64,000 nucleotides of DNA from Octopus bimaculoides (lineage: Eukaryota): assembly GCF_001194135.2 (NCBI RefSeq), contig NC_068989.1:49999630-50063629 (forward strand), written 5' to 3'. How positions within the stretch are numbered: position 1 is the stretch's first letter; each line of letters begins with the position of its first letter. A program made the position numbers and the translations under genes. Positions 14,746 through 27,309 of this stretch are shown here, piece by piece. The notes under the pieces are model-generated. The model made no database searches. It worked only from the letters and a program-made list of their open reading frames with translations, and had not been told where the DNA came from.

Positions 14746-15117
14746 GTAGAATGTGTAACGGTGTCATATGTATAATTTTTCCTGTGGTGTAGATATATAT
14801 ATAGCTGTGTTCGTTCGTCTGTTTTCTTTCCGTAATGGATAAAGTCGTAGGCAGGGGGAGGGATGTTAGCGTGCGGTGTGTAATGTGTGTTTGTGGGTGG
14901 GGGGTCTGTGTATATGTGGAGGTAATATTGTGTGAAGGGGTATGTGTTGGGTGTGGCGGGTGCGAGATTATGTTGCAAGGTATCCACTATATAGGGGTGT
15001 GCATGTGTGTACATCGGTGCATTGGAGTGTGCTTTGGTCAAACTCTTTTTGCCGGGTCCAAAGGCATCGTAGGAAGGTCATTTGCGGACGGTTGAGTCAG
15101 CGAACCTATGGTTGCAG

Positions 15118-15815
15118 TCATAGTAGGTCGCGCAGGTACGATAGAGTGTACTTCCTTTCATGTGGGCAAGGATTAAACACCTCATTCCTGCTATTCAGGT
15201 AAACATGCGGGCGTTGGGTACCTTTTAAAATTGCTCGCTTGTCAGCCAGGCATAATCTGCACTTTCTGCTGCTATTGAAGTACGGTTTTCTTCTTTGTAG
15301 GAGCTTCCAAGTTGTTTTGTACTCCATGGCACTTTATTTCATAGCCCATATGTGCTTGGCTAGGCTTGTGGCGTTACAGCACTCTGGGATGTTGAAAAAA
15401 GACTTGTGGTTATTAAAGCGGGTTCTGAAGGGGCCTTCCGTTATCCTCACATACTTCCGCACGCTCGGTTGACCATTAGGTACTATTGCTGTTATTTCTG
15501 CCCCGTAAACAACTGTTTCTGTATTGCAGTAGCCGTTTAGTGGACGGGTTGCGTAATCCCTGCATAAGCATCCTACTTCAGCCTTGGGTCTGGGCCTACT
15601 TACTAAAATCTTTTTTCCACTAGGTGCACAGCTAGAGGATAATCTCAGGGTATGTATATTAAATATTTTGTTGAATCTTTTGGTATTGGCAAATTGTCTA
15701 TCAATTAAATTAAGGAAGACCTTATCTACTCTGGTTTTAATGTTTAAAGATAATGGCGGTGTGAACCACAATACTTTCCGGTGGCGCTTTCCCTTCGGTG
15801 GAGCTAGAGTCTGGT
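15118..15815 (-). pseudogene. PLE linker plus GIY-YIG endonuclease (Naiad type), disrupted
   Basis: ORFs 15334-15867 and 15118-15327 carry Cys-rich, VVY, R..NH and KCxLC motifs. Confidence 0.85.
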
Positions 15816-16252
15816 AAAACACTGGCAAAAACACCCATTGCAATATCGAAGGAGACCGCTGGGTCAAAGCATTTGGTCAAAACAACCCCTTACTGAAGCG
15901 TAAGGTTCTTCTCGCGTGCATGATAATACGTATGTCCTCGTCCTTGACTTCAGTATGGGCCCTAGAGAAGTTCAGCGCCTTTAACAGAAGCTCCATCGAT
16001 ATAGGTTGGTCGAAGACCATTATATCAAATTAGGCAAACCTAGCTCTACCCCTACCGCTGGTGGCCTTAAACCATGTAGTGGCTTCGTTGGTGTTGCGCC
16101 ATAGGGCGATGTCAGAGGCGTTTCTAACGCCGTTACCGATCTTCCTGATTAGCCGTTCGCTCACCTGTCTGACTTCAGACTTCGCCGGGTTTGCCAGCTT
16201 GCATTTAGGGTTAGACGCAGAGTTAGGCTAATGATCCTTGATCGTTTGGAAG

Positions 16253-17211
16253 GCCTTACATATCGGCTTACTCTGATGAGCGTAAAGTTATATAATCGTA
16301 TTGTTACCTATGCGCAACACCAACGAAATCATTACATGGTTTAAGGCCAACAGCGGTAAGGGTAGAGCTAGGTTTACCCAATTTGATATAATGGGCTTCT
16401 ACCAATCTCAAGGGAGCTCCTGTTAAAAACATTGAACTTCGCTAGGTCCCATACTGAAGTCAAGGACGAGGACATACGCATTATCATGCACGCCAGAAGA
16501 ATCCTAATTTTCAGTAAGGGATCTGCTTGGACCAAACGCACTGAGCCAGAAGGCTCTTTTGATGTGGCAATGGGTGTTTTTGACAGTGCGGGCGTATGTG
16601 ACCTAATAAGTTTCTTCATCCTAGATAAACTATAAAAGAAATTCCCTTCAACTAGTTTTGGTCTCTACAGAGACGACGCGCTGGCAATATCAAGAGGAGC
16701 TAACACCCACACGCTAGATAGGCTCAGAAAGGACCTCACAAGAACCATAAACTCCATTGGACTGAAGGTCACTATAGAGACCAACTTGAAAACGGCAGAT
16801 TTCCTTGACGTGACCCTGGACCTGGAATCAGGTGCCTATAGGCCTTTTAGGAAGCCCTATGAGAAGCTGTCTTACATTAACACATGTTCTTGCCATCCAG
16901 CCATAGTGTTCAGGAACCTGGTTAACGGAATCAGTAAGAGAATCTCCAGCGTGTCTTCAAGCAAAGAGATCTTTGATGCTGCAGCCCTGTGCTACAACCG
17001 GAATCTGGCTGCCATAGGTTTCAAGATTAGTATTAGTTCCATCCCAGATACTAGTCCACCCCACAAGAGGAAGTGCCACCGAAAAGTACTGCGGTTTACA
17101 CTGCCGTTCTCTTTACACGTTAAGACTAGAATGGTAAGACCTTCCTTAATTTAGTTGATAGACACTTCTCCCATACCAATAGATTCAACAAAATATTTAA
17201 TATACATACCC
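16253..17211 (+). mobile_element. Naiad/Chlamys-type PLE, copy B (half hammerhead plus RT core), runs into an N gap
   Basis: RNTNEIITWFK, FDVAMG, GLYRDDAL (YRDD at 16666-16677), DFLDVTLDL, YRPFRKP, RKVLRFT. Inverted relative to copy A. Confidence 0.85.
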
Positions 17212-19627
17212 NNNNNNNNNNNNNNNNNNNNNNNNNNNNNNNNNNNNNNNNNNNNNNNNNNNNNNNNNNNNNNNNNNNNNNNNNNNNNNNNNNNNNNNNN
17301 NNNNNNNNNNNNNNNNNNNNNNNNNNNNNNNNNNNNNNNNNNNNNNNNNNNNNNNNNNNNNNNNNNNNNNNNNNNNNNNNNNNNNNNNNNNNNNNNNNNN
17401 NNNNNNNNNNNNNNNNNNNNNNNNNNNNNNNNNNNNNNNNNNNNNNNNNNNNNNNNNNNNNNNNNNNNNNNNNNNNNNNNNNNNNNNNNNNNNNNNNNNN
17501 NNNNNNNNNNNNNNNNNNNNNNNNNNNNNNNNNNNNNNNNNNNNNNNNNNNNNNNNNNNNNNNNNNNNNNNNNNNNNNNTATATATATATACATATATAT
17601 ATATGTGTTCGTTCAATATTTACTTCCCTTTAAGTAACGAGTTGGCAGAATCGTTAGCACTCCAGACAAATTTCTTTGCTTGTGCTAATATATGATACCA
17701 TTCTTTAGTTTACTTTGAATATATTTTGCAAAAGAATTATTTTCTACACAATTTTTTATCGAATTTCTTAAATTTCTTACATATCGACGCACACACTCAC
17801 ACATAAAATATTCAAGTGTGTACTTGTATATATGCATATTTATCTCTCTCTCTGTTTTCTGCTAGCAAATGGTTTACCAGAGAATTCCCGACATTTTATG
17901 CTTGCATTGCTATAATAATCGTTGTATTTTACTTTGAAGACTTCGTATTTGCTGTTCCTAGATTAAAACCTCGCAGCAGTTAATTTATTGTGTGAATACT
18001 AGAAACACGAACTTGTGTCCGGATCAAAAAAAAAAAAACATTATATAAATGCATTTACATAGTTGTTCTTAATATATATGTCATGATTTTATTACATAAT
18101 GTCCGTTACTTTCAGCATCTATTTCATTTAATTACGTTATTGCTGAAATCATGAAATCATGAAAGTTTCCGGAGGTCTACGCTAAAATGCTTTACACATT
18201 ATATTCTCGATATATTTGTGAGGAAGTTATTTCTATTCTATTTCTTTTTCGATTTCTCTATTTATCTCTCCCAAAACAGGAAAGTTATTGCATACATTGT
18301 TGCTTGTGTAGAGAGGAATTGTTCCTTCAAATGTACGTTCCCTGAAATATGAAAATGCAAAAAAGCATTCAATGTGTCTATATGGATTAACTTATCATCG
18401 CAAGAAATGCACTCTTTGGTCTTTGACGGAAATCACGGGTGCGTGTTATTTGATTTCAAACCCTTGTGCACGTTCTTAGCAACAACAATTTCCCCAACTG
18501 TACTTGAGAAATGAGGGACTGTTCGAAGTAGATTTTAACGCGGTCTTCGGAGTCTAATTTGACTGTTGCTGGAAAAAAATATATTTCAGGAGCTAATTAA
18601 TAAATGTTTTAAGCCGGAAGATCTGCTCTATAAACTGTACTGTAACATGTCGTATGTTGGCTAATATTTCAGCACATGCTTATCGAAAGTAACAGCGATC
18701 AGAGAGCATCTCCAGCTGTGCGATTCAAGAAGTGATACTTCTGCTAAGAAAAGACCCAAGCAGGGAGAGATATTGTGAGTTCAGACCAACAATTGAACTA
18801 AAGTTCAATGCACTTGTGCTAGATATGACCTTACTTGCTCCATATTGTCTAACAAGGCTTTCTTGTAGGTAAATTTAACTCTGTGTGTGTGCGCGCGCGC
18901 GCGGATTCATAAGTGTATGAATGTTTGAGTCTGTGAGCGTCATTTTGTATTTATAAGTTACGGGGAGTGCGAAAGGCCTTTCTGGAGACCCAGTCTCCTG
19001 ACATGTATGACAGGGATTAGAAAAAACTGAAGACTGCTGCAAAAATATGTGTAAATCTGAGATGGGAATATGGTGAATAAAATAATAATTCACTGATCCT
19101 CCTGTATTTTGCTTTACCCAAAGCCTGGAAATTTTCAGCACCTTCTCGTAGCACCATCTGAGAAGGAAAAAACCAAACAATGTTGTATCCCTGGAATTTG
19201 GATGAAGATAAGAGTTATGAAACATGTTGACTTTTAGTAAGTCTTGTATATTTTCACTGTTCTGCTTTGAAACTAATATTTTCCCGATGCTTCGCTTAAA
19301 CTATATAAACATTACTAAATATAAAATTAATTAATTGTGTATATACGTCTATATGTATGTGTGCATGTAGGTTGGTATGTATGTTTTCATTTAAGATTTA
19401 TTCCGTCCTTGGCAAAATTTAAACCGATCACTGACAAAACGGCAAGGTTTTTTTTCGTTGAGACAAGACATTTCTGGGTTTTGTTGATATGCATGTATGT
19501 AAATAGATGTGGCCGTATGTTTGTGTGTGCATGTGTATCTGTACGTGTTGTCATTTGTGAATATACATATTTATATTATTTTATTCATTTATATTATTTC
19601 TTTCAGTCAAAAGTTTTAATCAAACAA

Positions 19628-19904
19628 ATTGACTCAAGGACTTATTTTTTAAGTCTAGGACCTATTTTATCGGGCTCTTTAGCCGAACTCCTAACGTACC
19701 GGGTCGTAAACACTCCAGCACCGTTTCTAAAGCGGTTATGGGGGAGAAACAGACACAAATACACACTACCAATTCTACTCAAAAAGCCTTGGTTAACTTG
19801 AGGCTATAATACAAGACACCTGTCCAATGTGCCACGCAGTGGGACTGAACTCGGAGCTATAAGGTTGGGAAGCAACTTCTTGCCATGCAACCACTCCTGT
19901 GCCT
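19628..19904 (-). mobile_element. tRNA-derived SINE family A
   Basis: Reverse complement aggcacaggagtggttgcatggcaagaagttgcttcccaacc...gagttcagtcccactgcgtggcac is the family A head and body. Confidence 0.8.
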
Positions 19905-20511
19905 ATATATATTTATGCTGTCCTGTTATTAAAAACTATCTACTCATGCTCTTTTCGTTTATAATTTTTCCAGGCAGCCCTCACTTCGCTACCCTACATA
20001 TCCTTCCATTCTAAACAACAAGTTGTGAACGGAGGAAACTGTAACAGTTATATTTAGCAAGTCATATAGTGACACAGAGAGGTTCTTTGACAAAAACGTG
20101 TAGTTTATAGATAAACAATCAATATAACGTATCATCTGAAGCAATAGTTATTTTAATTATGATATTGCACTCGTCTTTCTCCTACTACTACCACCAACAC
20201 CAACACCCAACCACCACCAATACTAGGACCAGTATCCCCGTCATCACTAATGCTATGACGCTAAATTACTTATGTATATTCATTACAACGTAACACTTTT
20301 TCATCTTTCTTTGCAGCAATTAGATTCTCTAATTATTGATGTATTTTATCTATTTTATGTTTATCATTCGGTTTTCGATCCCATTTGTGAACCAGAGTTA
20401 TTAATTTCTATTTATATATGTATCTATAATAAACACACACACGCGCACACATACACACACGCATACACACACGTTGGTGTATATATACTTGTATATATTT
20501 ATATATATATA

Positions 20512-20556
<45 letters not shown>

Positions 20557-20635
20557 ATATATGTATACACACATATATATTCATACATACATACATACAC
20601 ATACGCACGCACACACACACACACACACAGACACA

Positions 20636-20675
<40 letters not shown>

Positions 20676-21652
20676 CATACACACTCACACCATAGTATCG
20701 AACTATGAGAATGAGTTCGCAACACCGCACCGCATTTTGACAGAAAAATATTCTGCATTGATGCGTTAGTAAGGCAACGAATGGTTCCACGTGGACAAAC
20801 TCTCTATAATTCTTTAAATGATCCACTTTAGAATGCTTCTGATCGTCTCCATTTAGGATGAGAATACATGAGTTTACGCGGGATTGGGCGGTACTGCAAT
20901 TGAAACAAATCAAAGAAGGTGACTTACAAGAGTTTCTGAACTTCGGCGCCCTTACAGGTTTAAATGTCTTAAAATTTCACAAGGAGAAAAACTGAAAATG
21001 TGGACTAAAAAGTAATGGCGCCTCGGGCGACTACCCAAGTTGCCGGTACGTTAACCCGGTCCTGGTTATACATATCTGTATAATTAAGAATTCCAGCGTG
21101 AATTCCTGGGGTTACTTATATGTAATGCATGTGCATATAATCGATATCCAAAAACGTACCACTGTTGGATAAGTGGCAACTGTTGATGTTATGATATTAA
21201 ATCTCTCTGTAATATAGAATTTCCATTTGCTCCCAGAACCTTAGCTATGATGCTGATCTTAGCTATGATGCTCCAGTTCATACGAGATAATCTGCGTTCC
21301 TCTCTTTAAGGGTCATACAATATTGGATAAACATGCTGCATGTCTATTGTTCTAACCTGGAAACGAAACTAAATGCTGCGTGTATCTTTCCTTGAAGGTA
21401 TTTTCAGTTAGTCTGATGTAAGATCATAATGTTACGTTCATATCACTGATGGGGGCCTTGCACAGCAGCTCTGTTTCCAGGCACATATTTTTCGGGAGAC
21501 AGTTATCAGCGGATCTACATTTACAAGATATTTGAGGAATGTTCTTAACGTTATTCTAACAGTGATTGGAAATCAAAGTTAGGGAGGTAAATATAGCTAA
21601 CACACACACACACACACACATGTATGTTAGTGTATGCATGTGTGCTTGTGTG

Positions 21653-21684
<32 letters not shown>

Positions 21685-22586
21685 TGTATGTGTGTGTGTT
21701 TCCAACACTGGAATTGGCGTGACCAGTATAAATTATAAATGCGGGGTAGCGTTACAATGATCTCGTGTAAAGGTGCTTAAGTATGTGTAGTTAGAAAATA
21801 ACGAGAGAAAATAGTAGATTAGAGAACAAGTCTTTTGATAGACTAGAAAAGACTAGAAAAGAAATGTATCACAGCTAACGCGTTAAAAGTAAGAATAACC
21901 ACTGACGATGTTCTCGAAGCTCATCCCAAATGTTGAGCGGTTTACTAATACAAAATATTTTACGGTATGAAATCTAGAAATATTTGAAGGCCATGGTGAG
22001 TAGAAGTGCGATGTGGTAAGAAAGCCTCCACATATGCTGCTTTTCAAAATATATGTATAAACAGCCAGTAGCATCTAAGGAATCTCTTTGTTCGGAGATG
22101 GGCTACAGAGTCTACTACGATGGTTCTCTAGAAGGTTAAGCGATGTTAAAATTATTTGGGAACACACCTGCTTCGTAGAAAAAAAAAAAGAAAAAGAGAA
22201 TCTCTGTATCTGGATGATTGTTTCAGCAAACCTAATTTCAAACCTTAAATTTGAAAAGTATTACCAAATCTCATTTCTGTGGTCAGAATATATAAGCGCA
22301 CCTTTGATAGCAAACGTAAAGAAAAACGAAGTTACAAATAAAGCAAAATACAAAGGTTGGTAGTGCAGTACCAAGTTTCTCCTGTTCAACATAACTGATC
22401 ACATAAGCTACTATAATAACCAGTGTTTCCTTTTCTTAATTAACAAACGTTTATTTTCTCTTCTCAGACACCGTAACATTTTAATAAAAACACACATAGT
22501 ACTCTTGTAACTAGATACATTACACGCGCGCGCACACACACACAGACACACATACACAGACATATATACAGACACACATACACACA

Positions 22587-22637
<51 letters not shown>

Positions 22638-23714
22638 TAATAGCGTGCTATGCCGTTCGTACAATACATATATTAATTTGGCTTACTAACATGGTTTTTT
22701 AAAAATAATATGGTGCAAAATGTATCATTTCATTTTAATTTATTCCCCACTGGAAAAGAATGAATGCAAAACGTTTCTGTTTTCAACGGTCGTTTATTTG
22801 ATTTTTAGGATGTGTGTTTGACCATTTTATTTGTTGTTTGTCTGTATGAGTGTATGTTTAATTTGGTTGGTGTAATGCATATCAAAACTTGTGTCTGCGT
22901 GCTTTTGTCTCCGTTGTAATTACATATGGTTCGTTATGTTATTTGATTTGTAAGACATATATTTTCAGTGACATTTCGTATTATCTGTGATTTTTGTTGT
23001 GTTAGCTAAGAAATTTGATGTGTATTTATTAGCGTATATGGGCGTGTTCAAATATATGCGTCTGTAAGTATATTTCTGTTTCTCATGAAACATTATTATG
23101 GCGGTTAATTTGTGACTTAAAAATACAAATAATGAATAGAATTTGTATTCCTGAGTGGGATTTTGAAAACGAGCTATTTCAGAAATAATCAAATTCATTG
23201 AATTTTTGTATATATACGTTTATCTTGTAATATCAAGAAAATTCTTATGGAATGGAAGCCAGTGTATCGTTATTAATTGACAACAAAATACTTTTGCAAT
23301 AGGGAAGAGAACAATTTGTCATAATATGATCACTTTATATGTTACTATTGTTCATCTGCTGTTACGTTATTTAAGAAGGTACTTGCACATGCGCATTATG
23401 TGATGACATTAATTCTGTGTGCATATTAAATGTTTTTGGTTTGGTGATTCATAATTTATATCTTACGCAGATCGGAAAGACTGAAGAAAATATTTCATTG
23501 TCTTAAATATGATGCATGTACATAATAATATAAATACATGTGGCCTACAAACAACGTGTACCATCACCAAAACACGACGCTTTGCTTGCTTTCATATCTT
23601 AAGAGATATTATATGAAGGTAGATTAATAAATCTTACAGAATATTTGTGAAAGTGTCGTACTAAGTTTAAACTAGAAATTTTATCATAAAGGGTGATTAA
23701 CCAGCTACAGATCA

Positions 23715-23761
<47 letters not shown>

Positions 23762-24064
23762 TATATACATACATACATACACACGCACACACACACACAT
23801 ATATACATATATACATATATTTAAACAAATATACAAATGACTCCTGTCAAAAATTCCATTAGAGAGGGAAGGAAGAAACCGCAATTGGAGCAATGTACCC
23901 TATACAAGCTCAGGGTATATTAGATTATTTACTAAGAGACTCTTACAAGACCAGTGCCGTTAATCCCTAGAGAATTAATCTGAATGAGACAAACACACAC
24001 ACACACATACAAAGGCACGCACACAAACACACATACACACATACACAAATCGAGCAGACAATGT

Positions 24065-24300
24065 TTGTAACTGAGGCCTTCTTTAGAGTAAAGATGAAAA
24101 TAGGTATCCTTGGTGAGAGAATCAGTGTAAAGGAGATAGCAATGATTAAGCAGGCTTCTGTTGGACGGATATGGTTAAGCAGATATTGTTGATAGTGCTG
24201 GAAATGTCGAGGAAAGGAACGGAGTTGTCGGATTCTGATGATATAAAAAATGTGCAGTGAAAGGAGTTAAGGAAGGAGGTGAACTTCATAATGAATCCAC
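24065..24300 (-). mobile_element. Penelope-like RT fragment (C-terminal RT motifs)
   Basis: Minus strand FTSFLNSFH...NSVPFLDIS...ISVQQKP...YLLY matches the PLE F.NxFHP..FT..PFLD..T.VYxKPT signature. Confidence 0.6.
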
Positions 24301-24817
24301 GCACTCAAACTCGTAAACGTGTCACCGACGTTTTTGAATTCGAGTTTTTCTTTCGACTTTCACACCTCCTCCTTCATCGTTCCTAATCACATCCTTCACC
24401 TCCTATCTCAACACGAATTTTCTCTCTACCTCATCTTCGTTTGCTTCTCTTCATATTTTCATTCTCTTTCCATCTCCTTATCTCACACTATTCCCCTCTC
24501 CTACTACGTGTGCAAGTTCACGTTGCTTTGCATCCCCCATCATCTGCAGCCAGTTTCGCAAACAAAGAAGCAGTAAAACTCTGCTGTCGTTCTGTTAATA
24601 CTCGACAGGTTTCTTTATCCTAAAGGAGGACACTTTTAGAATCCCCGAGGCAATTTCAATGCACTGTTTATGCTACTTTATCTATATAGAGATATACGAA
24701 TATAAATATACATAAGTACATATATGTCTTTATATACATATAGATACACAAACATATATAAACATACATATATACATGCGTATGTATGTATTTATACACA
24801 TATTTATACATGTATAG

Positions 24818-24854
24818 GTGCAGGAGTGGTTGTGTGGTAAGTAGCTTGCATACC
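24818..24854 (+). mobile_element. 5' part of a SINE family A head, split by an insertion
   Basis: gtgcaggagtggttgtgtggtaagtagcttgcatacc continues after the insertion at 27257 as aagtagcttgcttaccaaccacatggttccgggttcagtcccact. Confidence 0.85.
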
Positions 24855-27256
24855 TTGACTTCCCGTTTTGCGCGTTGGCTACTTCCTGTAGACCCGAGGA
24901 TCAGAGTGGACTGGTGTTTTTTTAACTCCGTCCAAAATGGAACTTTGAAGTCGACCGAGTTCATGAAAAAAATTAGTAAGGCAGCTAAAAGGTAGGAGAA
25001 ATTTGTTTTGGGGGTAAAGTGGGCCTACGTTATGTCATTGTTAATTTTTACAAATAGGGTATCTTCACTGGCCTCGAGGCATATTTTTCTCCTTTGGTTG
25101 CTTTTGTTTTAGTAAAGAATTATCGGTGGGCGTTACTTCGCCGCAAGAATTCTTTCCATCTTTTGATTTTTCTGAAGACTTTTTGTATTTGGAAGACTTA
25201 TTGTAAACGGTTATTTGTTGCTTGCTGCAAAGTTCGCGGCGAACATCTGTTTTTATGCCTAAAGTCATTGGATTACCTGGGATTGCCAGGATTTCGAATA
25301 GGCCAAAAGACATTTAATTCGAACAACACGGCAAATTTAGCGGTGTTGTAAATTCAATTTTTGAAAAAAGGAAAAATTTGAAAATTACGACAACTGGATT
25401 ATACTACGAGCACCACCAATTGTGAACCATTATTGGATTACCTATATTGGGGTCCACAGGACTGGTCAGGAGTTCAAATACGTCAGAGGACAGACATTTA
25501 ACTGTGAACTTTGTTTTTTCTTTCTTCTTTTTTTGCTTGTTTGTTATTTTTTGCAGTTAAAATATGAACAATAGAAAAATCAATACTGCTTTGGTGTGGG
25601 AAATTTACCCACCCAAAGAATGAGTTACAGATTTGGAAAGGAGGACGGTGGTTCTAAGGACTTATTCCAAGTCCTTGGATACCATTGTCCCCTTTCCTAG
25701 GCTAGAAATAGAAAAGGAGCTGGCGGAGTACATGCCGATGATAAAACACATCGCCAGGGGTTCCAAATATGCAACCATATGGTTGCTGTTTGGAACCCCA
25801 GAGATGGCGTGTAAGATCGCCAGTCAGCCCCTGGAGGGGAAAAAGTTTTGTTCCTCCCCTCTTATTGTGGGAGAAAATGTAAGCGGGCATTTGTCTGTGG
25901 GTTGGCACCGGGTTTAAAAGAAAGTTGGTTGGCCGAAACCATCCAAAGGGGACTTAGTGACACCAGAGACACTAAATTGTTAAATGTAAAATTGTTGCCA
26001 TCTGCTGACTGGGTTGGGGCTAAGGCCATATTGACGTTGCGGACTCAGACGATGACAGTGTGGTCTTTCCAGACTACATGACCATGGCAGGTTCTAGGTA
26101 TCCTGTAATTCTTGAAGGACGACTTCCGAAATGTCACAGATGCCTGGAGCCTGGTAATTTGAAAAAGGATTGTCGGTGAGACACGAAAGTGACCCAGGAG
26201 CAGACACCCATTAAAAAAAGTAGTCCTTCTCTGCCGGAAAAAAGCAGGGTAAAGAAAGCGTGCCCGTCGACCCCCCTCCCCCATTGGAGGGGGAGATGGT
26301 GAACGTTGTGGAGACTTCTGTCTCCACGAATAGAAAAAGAAAGATGAGTAACGTCAGTTACTCACCACCTAAAGAGCAGTCTGCGGGTGAAGAGATAGGC
26401 CCCTTGAGTATCCCAGCAGAGGCCCCANNNNNNNNNNNNNNNNNNNNNNNNNNNNNNNNNNNNNNNNNNNNNNNNNNNNNNNNNNNNNNNNNNNNNNNNN
26501 NNNNNNNNNNNNNNNNNNNNNNNNNNNNNNNNNNNNNNNNNNNNNNNNNNNNNNNNNNNNNNNNNNNNNNNNNNNNNNNNNNNNNNNNAAAAAAAAAAAG
26601 AAAGGGGAGACGGTCGGCGGAAGTTACTGCGCCGCCGACCGGACCCGAGGTGGGAAGTGTGCCCCCGGAGAGGAAAACTCTGCCATCGAGGATTGTGCCG
26701 ATGATAGAGTGGCGTGACGTCCCTCCCAGTGAGAATAATGATTATGTTATCATGTACTATGAGGGAGGGGCGGTGAATGAATTCTTGGACCGTGAATGCG
26801 GCCAGTATAGGAGCTACTCGGAATGTGCAAGTAGTTCCACATGGCCTCCGCAGGTGACTGCGGAGGTTATAAATGACAACATAATGGCAAAAGTTATAGA
26901 AAAATATAACTACCAAGATTTCTTCTACCTCGCTGCAAATTCAAGCCTAACAATAGACACTTGTTTGGCAGGGGCAGTATATCTGCTTGCGGAGGGGTGG
27001 AATGAGAAAAATTATATTTTTAATTGTTAATATATTGAAATTGTGTAAAAATTGTAATTCTAAAAGGAAAAAAAAAAGAACAATGTTTGCGAGGGGGTTA
27101 TCAATCGGCGGGCGCTGGTGCCTCTCTCATTATTTGTTTCATCCGTATCACCCTCATCTCATTAATGTCCATGTCCAGCCCGCAGCTACTTCATGTTTGT
27201 CTGTCTTTGTCTGTCCCCTCTATGTAACGCCGTTAATGGCGAAATTTATTGAAATA
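24855..27256 (+). mobile_element. ORF1-only (half-L1/Tx1-like) non-LTR retroelement with 16-bp TSD
   Basis: Flanked by aagtagcttgcatacc (24839-24854) and aagtagcttgcttacc (27257-27272). About 700-bp 5' UTR, one disrupted ORF1-like frame and an AATAAA terminus. No EN/RT motifs in the sequenced part. Confidence 0.75.
25564..27030 (+). pseudogene. L1/Tx1-type ORF1-like protein (putative RRM-like region, zinc knuckle, low-complexity linker, unknown C-terminal domain), disrupted
   Basis: ATG at 25564; FLPSYCGRKCKRAFVCGL..SWL; VILEGRLPKCHRCLEPGNLKKDC (CX2CX4[H>N]X4C at 26132-26173). Stops and frameshifts, plus a 160-N gap. Confidence 0.7.
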
Positions 27257-27299
27257 AAGTAGCTTGCTTACCAACCACATGGTTCCGGGTTCAGTCCCA
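27257..27299 (+). mobile_element. 3' part of the split SINE family A head (includes the right TSD)
   Basis: B-box-like ggttccgggttcagtccc completes the head begun at 24818. Confidence 0.85.
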
Positions 27300-27309
27300 C
27301 TTAACTGTA

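Larger units (their letters stand above)
14333..16255 (-). mobile_element. Naiad/Chlamys-type Penelope-like element, copy A (5'-truncated RT with internal deletion, GIY-YIG endonuclease, 3' UTR, hammerhead)
   Basis: Minus-strand pieces AFQTIKDH..NPKCKLANPAKSE, WRNTNEATTWFK, RHRKVLWFTPP, CLCRDYATRPLNGYC..VVY, ITEGPFRTRFNNH, WKLL..KCRLCL..LNSRNEVFNPCPH match the Naiad/Chlamys PLE protein signature. Contains stops and frameshifts. Confidence 0.85.

Noticed and set aside
15118-15600. Selenocysteine-encoding Naiad (known for some Naiad PLEs)
   Set aside because: The conserved Cys positions checked in the endonuclease are TGC (one CGT), not TGA, and no SECIS was identified by eye.
15820-17211. Bacterial RT system (retron, DGR, group II intron) suggested by RT plus inverted repeats
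   Set aside because: Motifs (YRDD, FLDVTLDL, RKVLWF, Naiad-type GIY-YIG) and eukaryotic repeat context identify a PLE.
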